Counted from the stretch's first letter, positions 1 through 14,355 are shown. The stretch is DNA of 64,000 nt from Antedon mediterranea (GCF_964355755.1 NC_092680.1:20531045-20595044), one strand, 5' to 3'. Notes: generated by a model not told the origin, from the letters alone. Translations and numbers: made by a program.

Positions 1-397
1 ATTGTGTCATCTGTGAATAGGATGACATTTTTATCATTGGACAAAATGTATTTGCGTATAATATCAATATTATGTTGCTTCAATTGTAATAAGGATTGTG
101 GATAATGATTTGTCCTAGAATAAGTTTTATAAACCGCCGTTCGAGACTATGATGACGTGAGCATAAAGCTACCTAAAGAATAATGAATCAAAATAATTTG
201 TAATTCATTTTTTCTGTTTATTTTGTATATTTCTTTATATATTGTTCACTTTCTCAGATGGCCAAATTTAAAAACCTTGCAGTTTCTGTTGAGTATACTT
301 TTTCTTCTCTCAAATATTGATATTACTTTCCAGTATCGTGGGGATGTTAACAAATTTTATCTTTATTTTACAATATATGTTATAAAATATGCCTATA

Positions 398-525
398 CAC
401 TGTAAAAATAGTGTTTAGATCTTAAACATGTATTTTTTACCCGCTTTTTTCCACACATTTATCCTGAAACGTGTTTAGATATTAACATGTTTAGGAATAC
501 ATTAGCGTGTTTTAGTTTTGTGTAC
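398..525 (+). mobile_element. DNA-transposon terminal fragment (CACTGTAAAAATAGTGTTTAGATC...), second copy near 37037-37400
   Basis: The same ~60-nt terminus recurs at 37037 (cattgtaaaaatagtgtttagatcttaaacatgtatttt). The CACTG start resembles EnSpm/CACTA-like non-autonomous elements, but the superfamily is inferred. Confidence 0.45.
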
Positions 526-554
526 TTTAATAAGCGAGGTTTATACCAAAAAAA

Positions 555-940
555 GAATTAATATAGGTAAATATGCAGACAATTTTTTTCAAAGCTAATT
601 CCTCAAAGGCAGGAAATTATTCAGAAATTAATATAGTTAAATATGAAATTAAGCTGACAATTTTTTTCAAAGCCTTCTCAAAGGCTGGAAATTATTCAGA
701 AATTAATATAGGTAAATATAAATTTAGGCAGAACATTCTTTTTCAAAGCTTCCTTAAAGGCTGGAAATTATTCAGAAATTAATATAGGTAAATATTCAAT
801 TAGGCAGACAACTTTGTTCAAAGCTAATTACTTAAAGGCTGGAAATTATTAGGAAATTAATATAGGTAAATATAAAATTAGGCAGAACATTTTTTTCAAA
901 GATAATTCATTAAAGGCTGAAAATTATTCAGAAATTATTC
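555..940. repeat. Minisatellite, ~70-80-bp unit, ~5 copies
   Basis: Recurring aattaatataggtaaatat...ttcaaagct...aaaggctggaaattattcagaa. Confidence 0.85.
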
Positions 941-1723
941 AAATGCAATAGGAATCAGTGCTATTATTACAATATTAATTCCGATTGTTACGATATGATA
1001 AACAAGTTGGTATTTGCATTAAATGACGTGTAATTGATCAGAAGGGTATGCTCACATGCTATGCTCATCCAATCTGTCACATTTTTTAGTCACGTTAGCT
1101 TTCTTAAAATCCGGTTTTAGAAAACAATTTCGGTAATAGAAAATACGTTTCATTGTAATTAAACAATAATATGTATATTTAATGAATATAGCAGTGGTAT
1201 TGAATAAGAGAAGATTGATATTATGACGACACAGTTTTTATAAAGATAAGAAGACGATGAATCATGCTAAAAAAGAGAAAGTCAAACAATGTTTACACAA
1301 AATTGGAGTAGGCCCTACTAAGAAAAAGACTGTTTAAATATTTTGCGATAAAAGATGTCAATGCCACTACGGAATAGATATTGCATGTCATGAGGGAACA
1401 GCAAAGATGTCGGGAATAGGGAGGACGAGAGCAAAAGAAGAAGAAGAAAGGAGAAGGTGTACAATGACAACGTCGATGCTACGGGTTAGACCATATGAAC
1501 AGAGGAATAATGACGATAAGAAAAGTGCACTGATGACGATAAATATAGTGAAAGTTTGGATGATCATCAAATAATACGAATAATGATGACGATGACACTG
1601 AGTACAAAATGATAATTACGATGCATGTCAAGAAGATATAACAATGTTTATTTGCTCTCAAGTGCTCAAATTAGACACACACGAACCACGGTCCCGAGTT
1701 AATAACCTTTACTCGGCGAAACG

Positions 1724-2100
1724 TGACAGATTCTTCCCTGGTTTACCGGAGTATTCGTGTTCTACACTATAGGGCCTACCGAAAAGACGACAGATTCTTC
1801 CCTGGTTTACCGGAGTATTCGTGTTCTACACTATAACTACCGAAAAGACGACAGATTCTTCCCTGGTTTACCGGAGTATTCGTGTTTTACACTATATAAC
1901 TACCGAAAGAAGAGTGACAGATGCTTCTCTGGTTTACCGGAGTATTCGTGTTTTACACTATATAACTACCGAAAGAAGAGTGACAGATGCTTCTCTGGTT
2001 TACCGGAGTATTCGTGTTCTACAATATAACTACCGAAAAGACAACAGATTCTTCCCTAGTCCACCGGATTATTGGTGTTCTACACCTATATACCGAAAAG
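1724..2100. repeat. Minisatellite, ~60-66-bp unit, ~6 copies
   Basis: Recurring gacagattcttccctggtttaccggagtattcgtgttctacactataactaccgaaaag. It explains the repetitive ORFs at 1757-2238. Confidence 0.9.
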
Positions 2101-2215
2101 AGTTATCTGGCGACCATGTCGAAGATCCAACACAAGTATAGGCCTATATGCATTATTTATAAACGCTGTTACCAATTCAAGGTCTCATACAGAAGAAAGT
2201 GCATTGATAACTTAA

Positions 2216-2771
2216 AGATGTATTGTCTCTTTGACTAATTCCAAAAAAATAAAAAATAAAAGATTTCGAAAAAAGGTGGTTCATTTTGAAGTATCATAAT
2301 AGTTATTAACTATCACCAAACATTTTTCGAGAAAAAAAAAATTAACTGAAATACAGACGTTTTTTTGTTAAAAAAATAACTTTGACTTCCAGTCAAAGTT
2401 TTCAATCAAACATATCCCATAATGAAACGCGCTTGTTTGGCTACTCTGTATGCATAATCATAAAACTTCTTCATGATCTGTGTGAAAATCGGGGTGAAAA
2501 TACCTTCTTAACCGTGACAAGTTGTAAACAATCCTAATTTAGCATATGCATAATGCGTACTCATGGTTTGAAATCTTTGTTTACTTTCGCTCGTGACGAT
2601 TTTCCAGATGAAATGTAATCAAACTAATTTACCTGTTAATTACGTAAACTTGTTGTTTTGGCTTAAATTTTCGACTTAAAGTGAATAACTTTAATATTAC
2701 TTTGATATGGCCACTTTAAATTTAGAATATTTTGACCTTCATTTTTTTGTGTTTCAAGGGACAATACATCT
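2216..2771. mobile_element. TTAA-flanked non-autonomous DNA transposon (Kolobok-like), termini AGATGTATTGTC...GACAATACATCT
   Basis: Terminal inverted repeats follow TTAA at 2212-2215. Related copies lie at 8240-8587, 19697-19989, 3621-3720 (partial) and 11530-11740 (partial, reverse). Confidence 0.7.
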
Positions 2772-4340
2772 TTTTTAACTTCTATTAACTATACTTAATA
2801 TGTAACATTTACACTATACTTTGATAGTGTAAGTTGAAGCAAAATTAATCCATTTAAATAGGCATCTACGTTCGTTCATTATGCAGTACGATGGTATTCT
2901 ATAGACTAGAGCTTACAATCCATCGGGTATTAATACAATAATTAATCATCATAGACAAGCACAACTTCAATGCCACGTTAATATAAACATATCAAGTGTT
3001 AACATGATTAATTTTAAATTTTTAAATTTGTCTATATTTCAGATGCATTTTTCAAAATATATAAAAACCTGCCATCAGCCAAAAATTGAATATTGCGCAT
3101 GAGTGATATTGTAAAAAATTGAAAAATATGTTTTTGCTTCATCTTTTGTATATTATACAGGACATAATACATAAATAAATATATTAAATATTAATAAACT
3201 GATTTGCTTATATATAATCCATTAGAAAACTTGTTAGGTCTTGTCGATCAACACTAATCGACTTATAATATAGACAACTGCTTCTTTCTATTTATAAAAC
3301 ATTTTGAATGTAAGCCTAGACTAATCTTCAAAACGAACGCTTCAAATTCTCTCTATACTAGTAATGCTATTAAATTATGTAATTAATGTTTATTCTGCTT
3401 AAAAAGCGGTTAACTCGCGTTGATTTTATATTGAAACTATCGTTATTATAATATACTTTCACATTAAATGTTGTGTCACAACAAACATGCGGGATCCGTA
3501 TAATTCATGTATTATGCTAATAGTTTTTCCATTTTTTAAAACTTTTAGCACCCACATATTATAACAATTACTAGACAACGTTGTTTTTAGCCGTGTGTAT
3601 GCTGCTCTTTTTATTTTAAAGAATGTATTGTCCCTAAAAATCATGAAAAATGAGGATTTTAACAATCTTGTTAAAAACTTTTATTAGGCCATTTTGTAGC
3701 CATTAATGCATGGTTCCCCTATAATTATTATATTACGGTTGTTTGTGGTGGTGTAGAGTATTATATTTATTTATTATTCGCACTAACCACTTAATTTATT
3801 TTTACTTTACTAACACAAGTACAGAAATGTGGTTGACAATAAAGTAAATTTGTTGGAACAGTGACCAAAAGGAAACGTCGTTTATGTTCATTTATATGCT
3901 TTTAATGTTGCTTTAAAACTACGTTAACACAACAAAATAATGGACTTATCACAGCTTTATGAAGACATCTAGCACTCCAATTGCAAAATGTGAATAAAAC
4001 TAGAAGAATAGCCTAAACTGTCCGTGTCACGTAGAGCGAAGGAGACAACTGGCTTTTTGAATCACAGTCGTAAATTGAGCCGACCATGCGTTTGGGATTG
4101 CATCTTTTACTATTTAAAATATGTCACATGGCGACATAACGCTTTCCTTATTATAGTAAAAAAGCAACAATTTCTATTAAATATTGATGTTTATATCAAA
4201 ATGAACATTAAATGAATATAGTTGAATAATAAAAAAGGTCAAACTAGGGCTAGGGACTTATTTCACAGAATATTGAAATTTGATATTCAATATCTAAATA
4301 ATGTTGATAATATCAATAATAATTCAATTGATTGTATTTT

Positions 4341-4496
4341 AAAGCTCTGTCTACACTATCAAACTAGTTTGACAACAAAAGTGTGATGTGCCCAAATATG
4401 GTAGTGATATGCCCAAATATGGTAGTGATGCGACATCATCATGTCCATATTATGAGCACATCACATTTTTTTGTCACATAAAGTTTGATAGTGCTT
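4341..4496. mobile_element. MITE family A (TIR AAGCTCTGTCTACACTATCAAACT), PIF/Harbinger-like
   Basis: One of ~19 copies. The others lie at 12722-12875, 22429-22598, 23341-23468, 23955-24111, 27765-27925, 32872-33015, 34308-34410, 40928-41037, 42988-43143, 48500-48565, 48967-49122, 50241-50398, 50919-51052, 52768-52909, 54448-54590, 58462-58596, 61412-61622 and 61825-61920. Flanks are TA/TWA. Confidence 0.85.
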
Positions 4497-5189
4497 TAAA
4501 TTTAGGATGTAGGACGTTGATTATACGTTGACACAATTAATATTAATTTAACAAGCAAGATTAAAGGGAACACCCGTTATTATTGATGTATACTATTTTC
4601 AGAAGAATTGCTATAATCAAGTTGTTTTAATAGGCATATTTCATTCGAAATCAGCAATCAGTTTCCGAACATTGATTTTTTAAACTAAACTTTAAACTAG
4701 ATTTTTTTAAGCGAAAAATGATATCTAATTATTCTCATAAATTTCATGAATATAGGGTTTCCCCAAAGGAGAGGTTATTTCTGTTCTTATTAATTATAGA
4801 TATCAATAGTGAATCTATTCCTATAGTTCTTTACATGTTTGTATTAGTGAACAAATAACAAGTCGACAGTGAACACATTAGTGTCGCGTCAGGTTTTAGA
4901 CACTCACTGTTAAATGAGTCTTTTTATAGTCTTTTAAATATCATAAACCAACAAAGATTACAAATATTCGACTATTTTGATCATTTAAAGATAAAATAGG
5001 CCTAGTATTGCTTAATGCTCAGTGTGTGGGCTTATTTAAATCTATAGATCTTGCTTATTTGTAACTTGTAACATTTTGAATATAATATAAAACATGTATT
5101 GTCGTTTACATCGGCCTACTCCAATATTCAAATTGTATATGAATTGTTAGACGAGCAAGGCAGGCCTTAGGTTGTGCACCTAGTGTAAC

Positions 5190-5340
5190 ATAAGCCTATT
5201 CTAAGGCCTGATACAGGGCCTATTTTGTGAACCAGTTCACCCCCTATTCGTCTCAAATGATGAACTGGGTTCTTTAAAGTGCACACAGGTAAACTGTGTA
5301 CACTGGACCTACGGTTTAATAGTCCTTATCCGAGAAGACT
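5190..5340 (-). mobile_element. Partial Deu/Nin-domain SINE
   Basis: Matches the core of the full copy at 20725-21045 (gttctttaaagtgcacac...gtacactggacctacggttt..agtccttatccgagaagact). Confidence 0.75.
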
Positions 5341-5597
5341 TTATGTTGATTTTATTTAAATTGAATATTAATGATTCTGTAAAGTCAAAAAGTTCAGGAT
5401 TAATAGCAAAGTTAGCTGAAAGGAATTAAATGGGCAGTTTGCTGTCTCTTAAATTCACTATAATGTAGTTAATTCTACACACCATTAACTCAATTTGAAT
5501 AAAACAAATTTTAGCATGCTAAAAATAAAGTTCACCATTTTCCCTGATTGCCTGTCTGTGTCGTCACTTGACGTGCGCGTACAAATTGTGCCAGTTT

Positions 5598-5905
5598 TAC
5601 CACGTTGAAACACCGGTTCTCGTCACCGAAGTTAAGCAACGTTGGGCCTGGTTAGAGCTTGGATGGGAGACCATCTTGGTATATCGGGTGCTGGAAACGG
5701 AGCTGGAGTCCTGTTAGGCCCTGCATCTAGTATCTGCGTCAGACGTATTGGCCCATGCCTTTCCTCTGGTCAAGGTGGACACTGGACGAGAGAAGCCCTT
5801 GATCAATGTTAGGACCGATAAAGGTGCTTTAAACAGTCCTGGCTTTGTTTGTATCAAACCTGTTAGTGGCGGTTAATTATTGCTGTTGGTTTCGATTAAA
5901 TAAAA
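5598..5905 (+). mobile_element. 5S rRNA-derived SINE (SINE3-type) or 5S pseudogene with a unique 3' body
   Basis: 5598-5693 aligns to animal 5S rRNA (TACCACGTTGAAA-CACCGGTTCTCGTC-----ACCGAAGTTAAGCAACG...TTGGATGGGAGACC...ATCGGGTGCTG). Box A is at 5630 and box C at 5661. The 5' end is degenerate, CGATC is deleted, and no oligo-T terminator follows, so it is not a functional 5S gene. Confidence 0.75.
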
Positions 5906-8239
5906 GCTTGATTCTAACTAAGACGCAATGCAAGAACGTTAACCGCAATACAAGTAATATGACCAATCACAAGCCATGAATTATTCGAACTTTCGCTTGT
6001 CATTGGTCAACTCGTCTTATGTTGTTGCGCTTACTTTCAATTTACGTTTTGCAAAGCTGGAAAACGTTAGAAGGGGAACTACAATTTTTTTTATTTCAAC
6101 TCTAAAGTAAAATGTAATAAATACTAATATTTGATCTTGACATACCTTCAAAAACACTTTAGATTGTAAATTTCATTTCCTTTTAAAAGACGTATTTACG
6201 GATTAGGAATATACATTTAAGGATCAAGGCAAGATGCAAAGACGCCTAACATGATTAACGACTGATATTGTGTTTAAATCAAACATTATAATGTATTCCG
6301 ATCCTGTCAATCCATATTTAATTGATTAATCAAAAGGTGTCATCACCGAATTTAAGATACAAAATTTTAAAAAAATGAATAGGTCCAGGTTCGCGGCATC
6401 ACCTACAAACAGTGTAATGAGCATAAAACGCGCAGTGTTGTACGTCACCACTTCGTCATCAGTTATAATTATTATGCATAATCAAATTCTGACTTCTGCG
6501 TCTGTAATTGCATGCCCTGTGTGTTGATTATTGACACTCTGAGCAATGGGTAATAAGTATCTATACTGTACGCATGCGTATGAACCAATTGTGTGATAAC
6601 TTTACTAACTTAGAAATATGTGTCGTGCAACTGAGAATTATTTATTAGCAAAGACACAAGGCAGCACCAACAATCGGACGTAGATGCAACGCAAGCGTGT
6701 TGACCAATCACAAGTGACTGTTCGGAAGATCCATCGCTTGTGATTGGTAAAATCACTAAAGCATGGTTCCCACTAACGCAACGCTAGACGTACTACGCAA
6801 CGTAATCAAATTGACCTATCAAAAGCGATGGATTATTCGAACTGTCGTTTGCGTATCATGGGAACCAATCATTAAAAACTTGCCACATACTTCTCACAAC
6901 ATTTATTAAGCTTCCTTATGCAAGAATAAAGTATTTTTTTAATTGTCGAGACATAATTACATTATTAAATTCATGTTAAAACAAGGAACAGCTGATAGGT
7001 CTAGGACTAAGATGTAACCCAAGCAAGAAGTTCAAATTTAATTTTCCCCGCATTTGCATACTGCATGGCCCTCCTGTTATTACGTAATACCGCGTTATTA
7101 TTCGTTCTGGCGTTGTTCACAGCTGGCTTTTTTGTTTGAGTCGCGTGTTTGAAACTTTAACAATTCATGTTTGTCTACAGTATAAGATGGATAGTTGTTG
7201 TCTGACCGTGTACACTTTATGCTGTCTCTGTCTAATACTATAATAATGTGCGTATCGTAGTTTTTATTCACATTTTCCTAATCATCATTATTAGTATAAT
7301 AATAATAGATAGATTTGTATAGCGCAAATAAACGATGTCTCTATGCGCTCGACAATAAAGAGAAAGAGTATTGGTATATTTAAACTATTTGGGGCATTAA
7401 CGGGTGTTCATTGGAAAAAAGACAACATTAGGGAACATTTTAATTTATCATTACATTACATTAATCCAGAGGTATGAACTCTCAAAACATCATATTGGCA
7501 ATATGTAATTGACATGGCGACGATTATACAGACAGGCTTGGAATAAATTGCCAATTACAAATCATGATTAATCTTTGGTGCGGGAATTAAAAAATAACAT
7601 TTAAAACGTCGATTAATTCCAAATTGATTGATAAATAGAGTATCAATAGATTAATCCTTTTGGAATAATTTATATTAGTAATTTGTTCTGCAACAATTGG
7701 TTAATACTTGTTCTGCATCAACAGTGTGATGACGTATTATTCATCAGTCGTACAATTTAAATTATTCCCAGATCAACCTAACATTATGTTTATTATTAAT
7801 CATGACGTCACGGTTCATGAGAGGATGATGATGAGATATTAAAGGAGGAATATAAGGTAAAAAAATGATGAGGAGGTGAAGGGAAAGGAGTTACAAATGT
7901 GACTGAAATTCAATTAACAACGCGTCTCTTTAGAATTTCTAAATTTGACTGAAAAGTGTTGTCATTGTCAAACTTGTCATTTTAATAGAGAAAGAGAGTT
8001 ATACTTTATATAAAAGTTCACAAACGTCATTAAACTCAACAATTAAACCCCGGGTTGCATTCAGTGTTCCATTAGTGTGTCATTTTTAGAGAACATATAC
8101 TTGTTTCATTAATATTCATACAGTTACAGAAACGTCACCACTAATTTAGAGTATTTTAGCATTTAGCTTTTAAGGTACGCTTGATTTATTTTGTTTGCAG
8201 TCTTTAATATTTTGAAGTTAAATATATTCATTCATTTAA

Positions 8240-8587
8240 AGATGTATTGTCCAAAAACTTGCAAACTAAAGTTTATTAAAATCGAACTTTTAATAGGCCA
8301 TTTTGTAGTTTTAATAAAGGTAATCACTTCCCATAGAAAAACATGAAAACAAATTTATGTTTTCATAAACATAATGACAAAATAAACGGTTAAATTAAAC
8401 TAAAACCCCATGGACTGGTAGCCAATTCAACTATTTTTTTTACTGTAAATTACAGTTTTTTTCAGGTAAATAACTTTTTTTCAATCTAATTTTTGGTCAA
8501 AGTGAATAACTATTTTTGTGGTACAGTATTAATGGCACATTCAGCCAAAAATTAAATTATTTTTTGTAGGGGGACAATACAACATCT
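8240..8587. mobile_element. Kolobok-like TTAA MITE copy
   Basis: ttaa|agatgtattgtcc ... gggacaatacaacatct. The internal sequence is shared with 19697-19989. Confidence 0.65.
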
Positions 8588-9899
8588 TTTATTTAAAAGA
8601 ATATTTGCACTATATATGCTACAAATGGAATTATGTTATAATATAATTTTATAGGCCCTTTATAGCAGCAAAATATGTATACGGTCTTTAAATGTATTCT
8701 ATGTCGCCTCAGAAAATCTCTATTGTGTGAATGGAAATCATTAATGGTATACTAAGATTGATGGCATTCAATTTACAGCCATTAACTTAACATCTGTATC
8801 CGTATCTTAGTCTGAACTATATTCATAAAGATGTTTCATTTTTATGTGACGTCATCTGTTATTGTCTTTGCCAGACATGTCGCCAAATTTGAATTTAAAA
8901 CCGCAGTTGGTATTTTAGTAACAGTAGACATGGTATAATAAGTTCAACATTCCGTATGTGTATTCTCTATTTTTTTCTGACATGTTCTACAAACATTAAA
9001 GTCTCAATAAATGCCTAGACCTATATTAACTCTACATAGATGTTAGGACATACTTGTGGCTACAATAGGCTAGTATAACAATAGTGATAATAATAATTGT
9101 ACAATAAGCTAGTCCATAACAATAGTAATTATTACTAAAACTTCCATAGTAGATAATAGGGAATAAAGATTTACAAATTGTGGGGATAAAAAAAATTGAA
9201 AAACACAAAGCATGTGTATTTATTTAAGAAAAATCTAAGTCACGTACGAATGATATAAAATGATGAGAAAAAGTCGCCCAATTAAGATAGCCGATTATCA
9301 TTGCTGTATCTCGTGCACATACTAGGCCTACAGTATTTCCCCAGTGTCAGGGAGTATGTGGTAATAGCATATCATCTCTAAGAAACAAACTCAGGATATG
9401 TTTGATATGCCATCAACTATATGAATTGATAACAACTGTGAGGGAAAAAAATATATAAATTCACTCTCTCCTGAATATAGGCCTATACTAATAATTCTTC
9501 TGCATTATAAAAAATCAACAAAGGTAAGACAATGTGGATACTAATCATGATTTATTCTCAAGGTTTTTTTGCGATTATTTTGTCATTTTATAAACATAAT
9601 ACATCGTTAATGTAATTATTCGCTTTTAAGACGTTTGTCTTGATTATGTCTTGTCATCTCTAAACACTTACCACTGAAGCACCGAAAGGTTCATCATCAC
9701 AATTAATTTAAAGAATGAATGATACGTGAAGTAAAAGAAAGAAATCAACACCATTACGTTATACGATATGATTTTTGTACTTCAGCATAATGTATACAGT
9801 TCGACTTCAATTATTGAAATAATTATTAGAAGGCCTAGAAGTGATCAAAGCTATGAGTAAATGGAGTTTAGTTCTGACTTATATAGTAGGTTTACTTAA

Positions 9900-10522
9900 A
9901 GTCCCATTCCCTATGTTTTTTAGATCTAATTTAAGGTCACAAACTCCGGGCACAAACTACATTTAATGTGAAAATAAATACTATATGGTTCTATTGAAAT
10001 AACTTTTTTTCATCTTTAAACGGTAACAAATGTGAAAAATAAGTTGATTCTAATAATTTAAGCGGCCCGCGCTATAAATCCAACATGCATTGCGCGCGTA
10101 TTGATATTTTATTTTTTCTTCTGTAATTCACCACGTTTCGATCGATCGTGAGGCCAAAACAGTTAAGGATCGACCTAACTTTTTAGCGAAAATACCGGGT
10201 ATCAACGGATTCTGGCAAAAATAGAAAGAAAATTAATGCAGCAACTACACAACGTCAGGCTAAGCCTAGCTAGCGTACGATGTTCGTAGTGCCTACGTTT
10301 GTTTACCAGCTAGGCCTACAAAACTAAGCCTAGCTAGGCTAGGCCTAAAGACCGTCCCTCTGAAAGCACATTCACCGCGAGCTAATTAGGTAGGTTCAGT
10401 GCATTGTTTCTCTCTTTTTATAATAATTTATCATAAAACGCATATTTAAAACAAGAAATTACCTGGTTTAATGTTTTTAGCGTTATATATGCATTATTTT
10501 TACCAACTTTTGGGAATGGGTT
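9900..10522. mobile_element. TTAA-flanked non-autonomous DNA transposon (AGTCCCATTCCC...GGGAATGGGTT)
   Basis: Short imperfect TIRs are bounded by TTAA at 9896-9899 and 10523-10526. The interior is richer in GC and CTAG than the flanks. Confidence 0.6.
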
Positions 10523-13500
10523 TTAAATTTAGTCTTCCTTTCAAAGTTCCTTCTGTAGGCCTATCATATTCAAGTTAGTTCGGAATTTTTGAAACTCAAA
10601 CTGGGCATGCGCAAACCCTGTAGCACGTCTGGTAGAAGAGAGTCTATGAGACAGTAGTAGTCTGTAGTGTAAGACCTATTCAATAAACAATGTGTTCGTG
10701 TTGGCTGTCAACAAAGGCCGGGTAAAATACTATAAATGTATTATTGAATAATGGTCAAAACAATCCTTACGTTGTGAGAAATAGTTTTTTAGTTTGTTAT
10801 TTATTAAGTTCAGTTATATTGGACGTATCTTGCAATCTCACACATTTTCATAAAACGCATTTTGGGGAAAATGTGCGGATGACCACATTGACAATACTGA
10901 CCCAACAGACACTCGTGACATGTCAAAGTTCACAATAAAACATTGACTTACGCAAGTAATAATATTTATAGAATGATACACAATTTCACCTTAATGTAAC
11001 CTTTTCAAAGCAATAATCAGTCTTAGTGACGTCATTGGGCCTTTTGAGATTTTCTACTGCATGTATCAATTTAAAAACATCGTGAACTCCAACGATAATT
11101 TAAAATACGATTTGTTTTCTGACAGAAAGTAATAAAATGTTGGTTCATTTTGTTTAATGTTGAATTGGATCGATACATTATTTATTAGAAATAAATTAAA
11201 AGTTATTTTATTGTCTGCGCCATGACGTTAATATGAAAAGATTATCGTTATACAAGTGCCTACACGACGAAGGGTTAATCTTCTAAGGTAATAAGTTACT
11301 GCAGTACTTCTGCTTGTAGCCAGAGTAATGATTGGCCTCATCTCCGTTAATTTTGTCATAAATTATATATTTGGTTCGTGCTCAGTCAACAACGTGTTTG
11401 TTTTATGATCCAAAAACAAACCTTGTAATTTCTTGTTTTCTCTTTAATCACATATAATAATAAGAAGCAACACTTTGATTACGTCATGAGCGCAGCGTTG
11501 TATCTGTGCAACTTTTAATGTAACATAATAGGTATCCACTTTGACCAAAAATTAGATCGACAAAAAATGTATTTACCTGAAAAAATGTAATTTAAAGCAG
11601 AAAATTGTCAAATTTATTTTGTCATTTTATAAGTGAAAACATTTTTTTTTTCGTTTTTTTTTCTATGGAAGTGATTAACTTTATTAAAACTACAAAATAA
11701 CCTATTCAAAGTCTGATATAATTAATCTTCATTTTTCATCTTTAAGTTTGATGTTGTGATTATATTATATTGTGTGCAGCCCTTCACCTTTGACTGCGTC
11801 ATTGGTTTCGTATTTTTAATTACACTTTTACCAATTAGTGGACATTCAGTTACAATTATCACATCGACATAAATCCAGGTTAAGTCGATTTTCAATGTAC
11901 TGTTTACAGAAGCCCATCCACTTAAGATCATCCACTCATCCGCCATTTAAGACAAATAGAGCCTAATTACAACAATATTATACTAATACGTAATATTCAT
12001 AGAAGCACAATAGAATTCAGATTTTATTGGTGGTGCTGTTCACCAAAGCAATACAATAGGCCTAAGTATTAAAATAAAGTAATGACAAACTTAAACTTGG
12101 TTCTCAAACGCAACGATGTAAGCACACGACGGCGCGATAGATCACCCAAACTGTCGCGTGTGATTGGTTAACGCACTGGCGTTGCGTTGATGTCGTTGCG
12201 TTGCGTCCAAGTGTGAACTAAAAAAGAAAGACCTATTTTAACATGCATTATTGAATTGAAAGTTTGTTTCCATCGGTATAGAATATTTAAAAAACATAGC
12301 TGGTATAAAGACATTAAACTAAACATTATGATTAATATAACATTAATTATTTTTTATCCTCCTATTCAATCGAAGCTTAATCGAAACATGTGGTTCACTT
12401 CGGTAAATTTAGTGTGAGAGATATTTCTTGAGGGCCGCCGTGACGCGACGGTCTTTCCCAAGTTTTATTAAATGAAATAACAGTTATTACCGAATGGAAG
12501 TAAGGCTAGCTGCCTGATTTCGCAAGTTAATACATACGACAGCACCGCAGCATTGAGCATATCAGTCTTTTTTAAATAGTGTGATAAGTATTGTACTTTG
12601 TTTATACACATACATTCTTAATAAACCGTTTGTAAACCCTTTCAAGATTGAATTCAAGTAGGCCCTATTGTATACAATTGTCTCTTATAGGCCTACAGTA
12701 TATATTATGATTGATATGATTAAAGCTCTGTTTACACTATTAAACGTTATGTGACAAAAAATATTGTGCCTAAATATTGGTAGTGGTATGCCCAGATATG
12801 GTAGTGATATAACATGATCATGTCCATGGGCATATCATTTACATTTGTTTTGTCAAACTAGTTTGGGTATAGACATGGTGTAATGTTAGATTCATTGAAT
12901 TTAGTCAACGATTTGGTATTTTTGATAAATTAATACATTACCTATATTCTAGGTACAGTGTCTAGAATTTGTACAGGATAGGAAATTATGTGACATTTCT
13001 TCGGCCTCTGATGCCTGTATCAAAGCCTTTACCATACTACAGTATCACCGTATGTGGTGTATCCTATGATACTAGACATATAATCTGGAGACAGTGACAC
13101 TCAAATTAATTACGGAATAAGCAAGACTTAGAATGAGTTATAACATGGATGAGTGACATTTTACTCTTCTCTTATTATAATTAGCACTTTGTTGACATTT
13201 TGTTTAGGCCTATGGCTTAAAGCGATAAGACTAAGAAAATGAATTTGCCATAGGCCTACTACCCTTTAACACTGTAAAATGATTATATGTATACGTAGAA
13301 TATTAATATATGGTATAGGCCTACTGTTATTACAAATCGAACCGCTTCTATAATCAACGGTTTGGCCACAGTCTAAAGTGGTGGATCACATTCCATCTTT
13401 TACCGCCGCACACAATGATTTGGGATCTGTGCTCAACTCAAACGGTTGGAACTCATCGAAGTAACCATTGACGATTAGATAATGTTTGAATCTAGCAAGG

Positions 13501-13800
13501 ATGTTTGTTGATGAAATAGTTCACTCTGCCCTAAACTGAAAGCGTTTATTTTGACAGGAAATAAACCAAGTGATGTACACGCGTAAGTTGTCTTCTTAAC
13601 GCATCTCGTATAATGTTAGCAAAACAGTGAGCAACTATCAGTCAGCAATGCCATCTATTTAAACGTCTACACTTTTAAACACAAACGTGTCTACTGATAG
13701 ATGGACACGTACAAAGGCTGATTCTAGATATAACGTTTATAATCACATTAGAATAATATGAATAAGTCTTCACATCGCTTACAATAAAAAAGATTGTAAT

Positions 13801-13935
13801 AAAGCTTATTTTCCACGAATTTGTTTACGCGAATCGAAAGCGTCAGTTCATACGCATCTTCCAAATGAGATTTGGAAGATGGAAACATGAATACGATTCG
13901 CGCAAACAAATTTTCCTAGTGGAAAATTCGACTTT
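13801..13935. mobile_element. Small palindromic MITE
   Basis: Arms ttttccac..aatttgtttacgcgaatcg and cgattcgcgcaaacaaatt..gtggaaaa, with an inner hairpin catcttccaaat/atttggaagatg. Confidence 0.6.
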
Positions 13936-14355
13936 AAAACAGATTTAAACTGTTTCAGTGTGACGAGTTAACATTTTATTTGGTTTTAGTCTGATTTTAT
14001 TAAACTTAATTTTTTAAATATTTAGTTTGTAACAATAATTTTGATTTGAAATTGATGATAATTTTGTATGATATGTTGAAGCCATGAAAGACATAACGCT
14101 TACGTTGCGTCCTAGTGGGAACCAAGCTTTCTCTCATTCACTCTCATTCACATTTATTTACTCATCATTTATAAATACAGTTTCATAGCATAAATGATGG
14201 CAAGGATCCTGCATAGAGAAGTTTACACTTCTGTTTTCGCAGGACCCTTAAAAAACATAAAACAATAAACACAACATCAAGATCAAAATGGTTGTTATGT
14301 GTCTTTCAAGTCGAACTCGGTGTTCCGATGTTAGATAGCTCTTCCTTAAACCACT

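Noticed and set aside
1757-2238. Overlapping ORFs with repeated peptides
   Set aside because: They derive from a minisatellite and show no protein family signature.
5598-5693. Functional 5S rRNA gene
   Set aside because: The 5' end is degenerate, there is an internal deletion, helix I cannot form and no oligo-T terminator follows.
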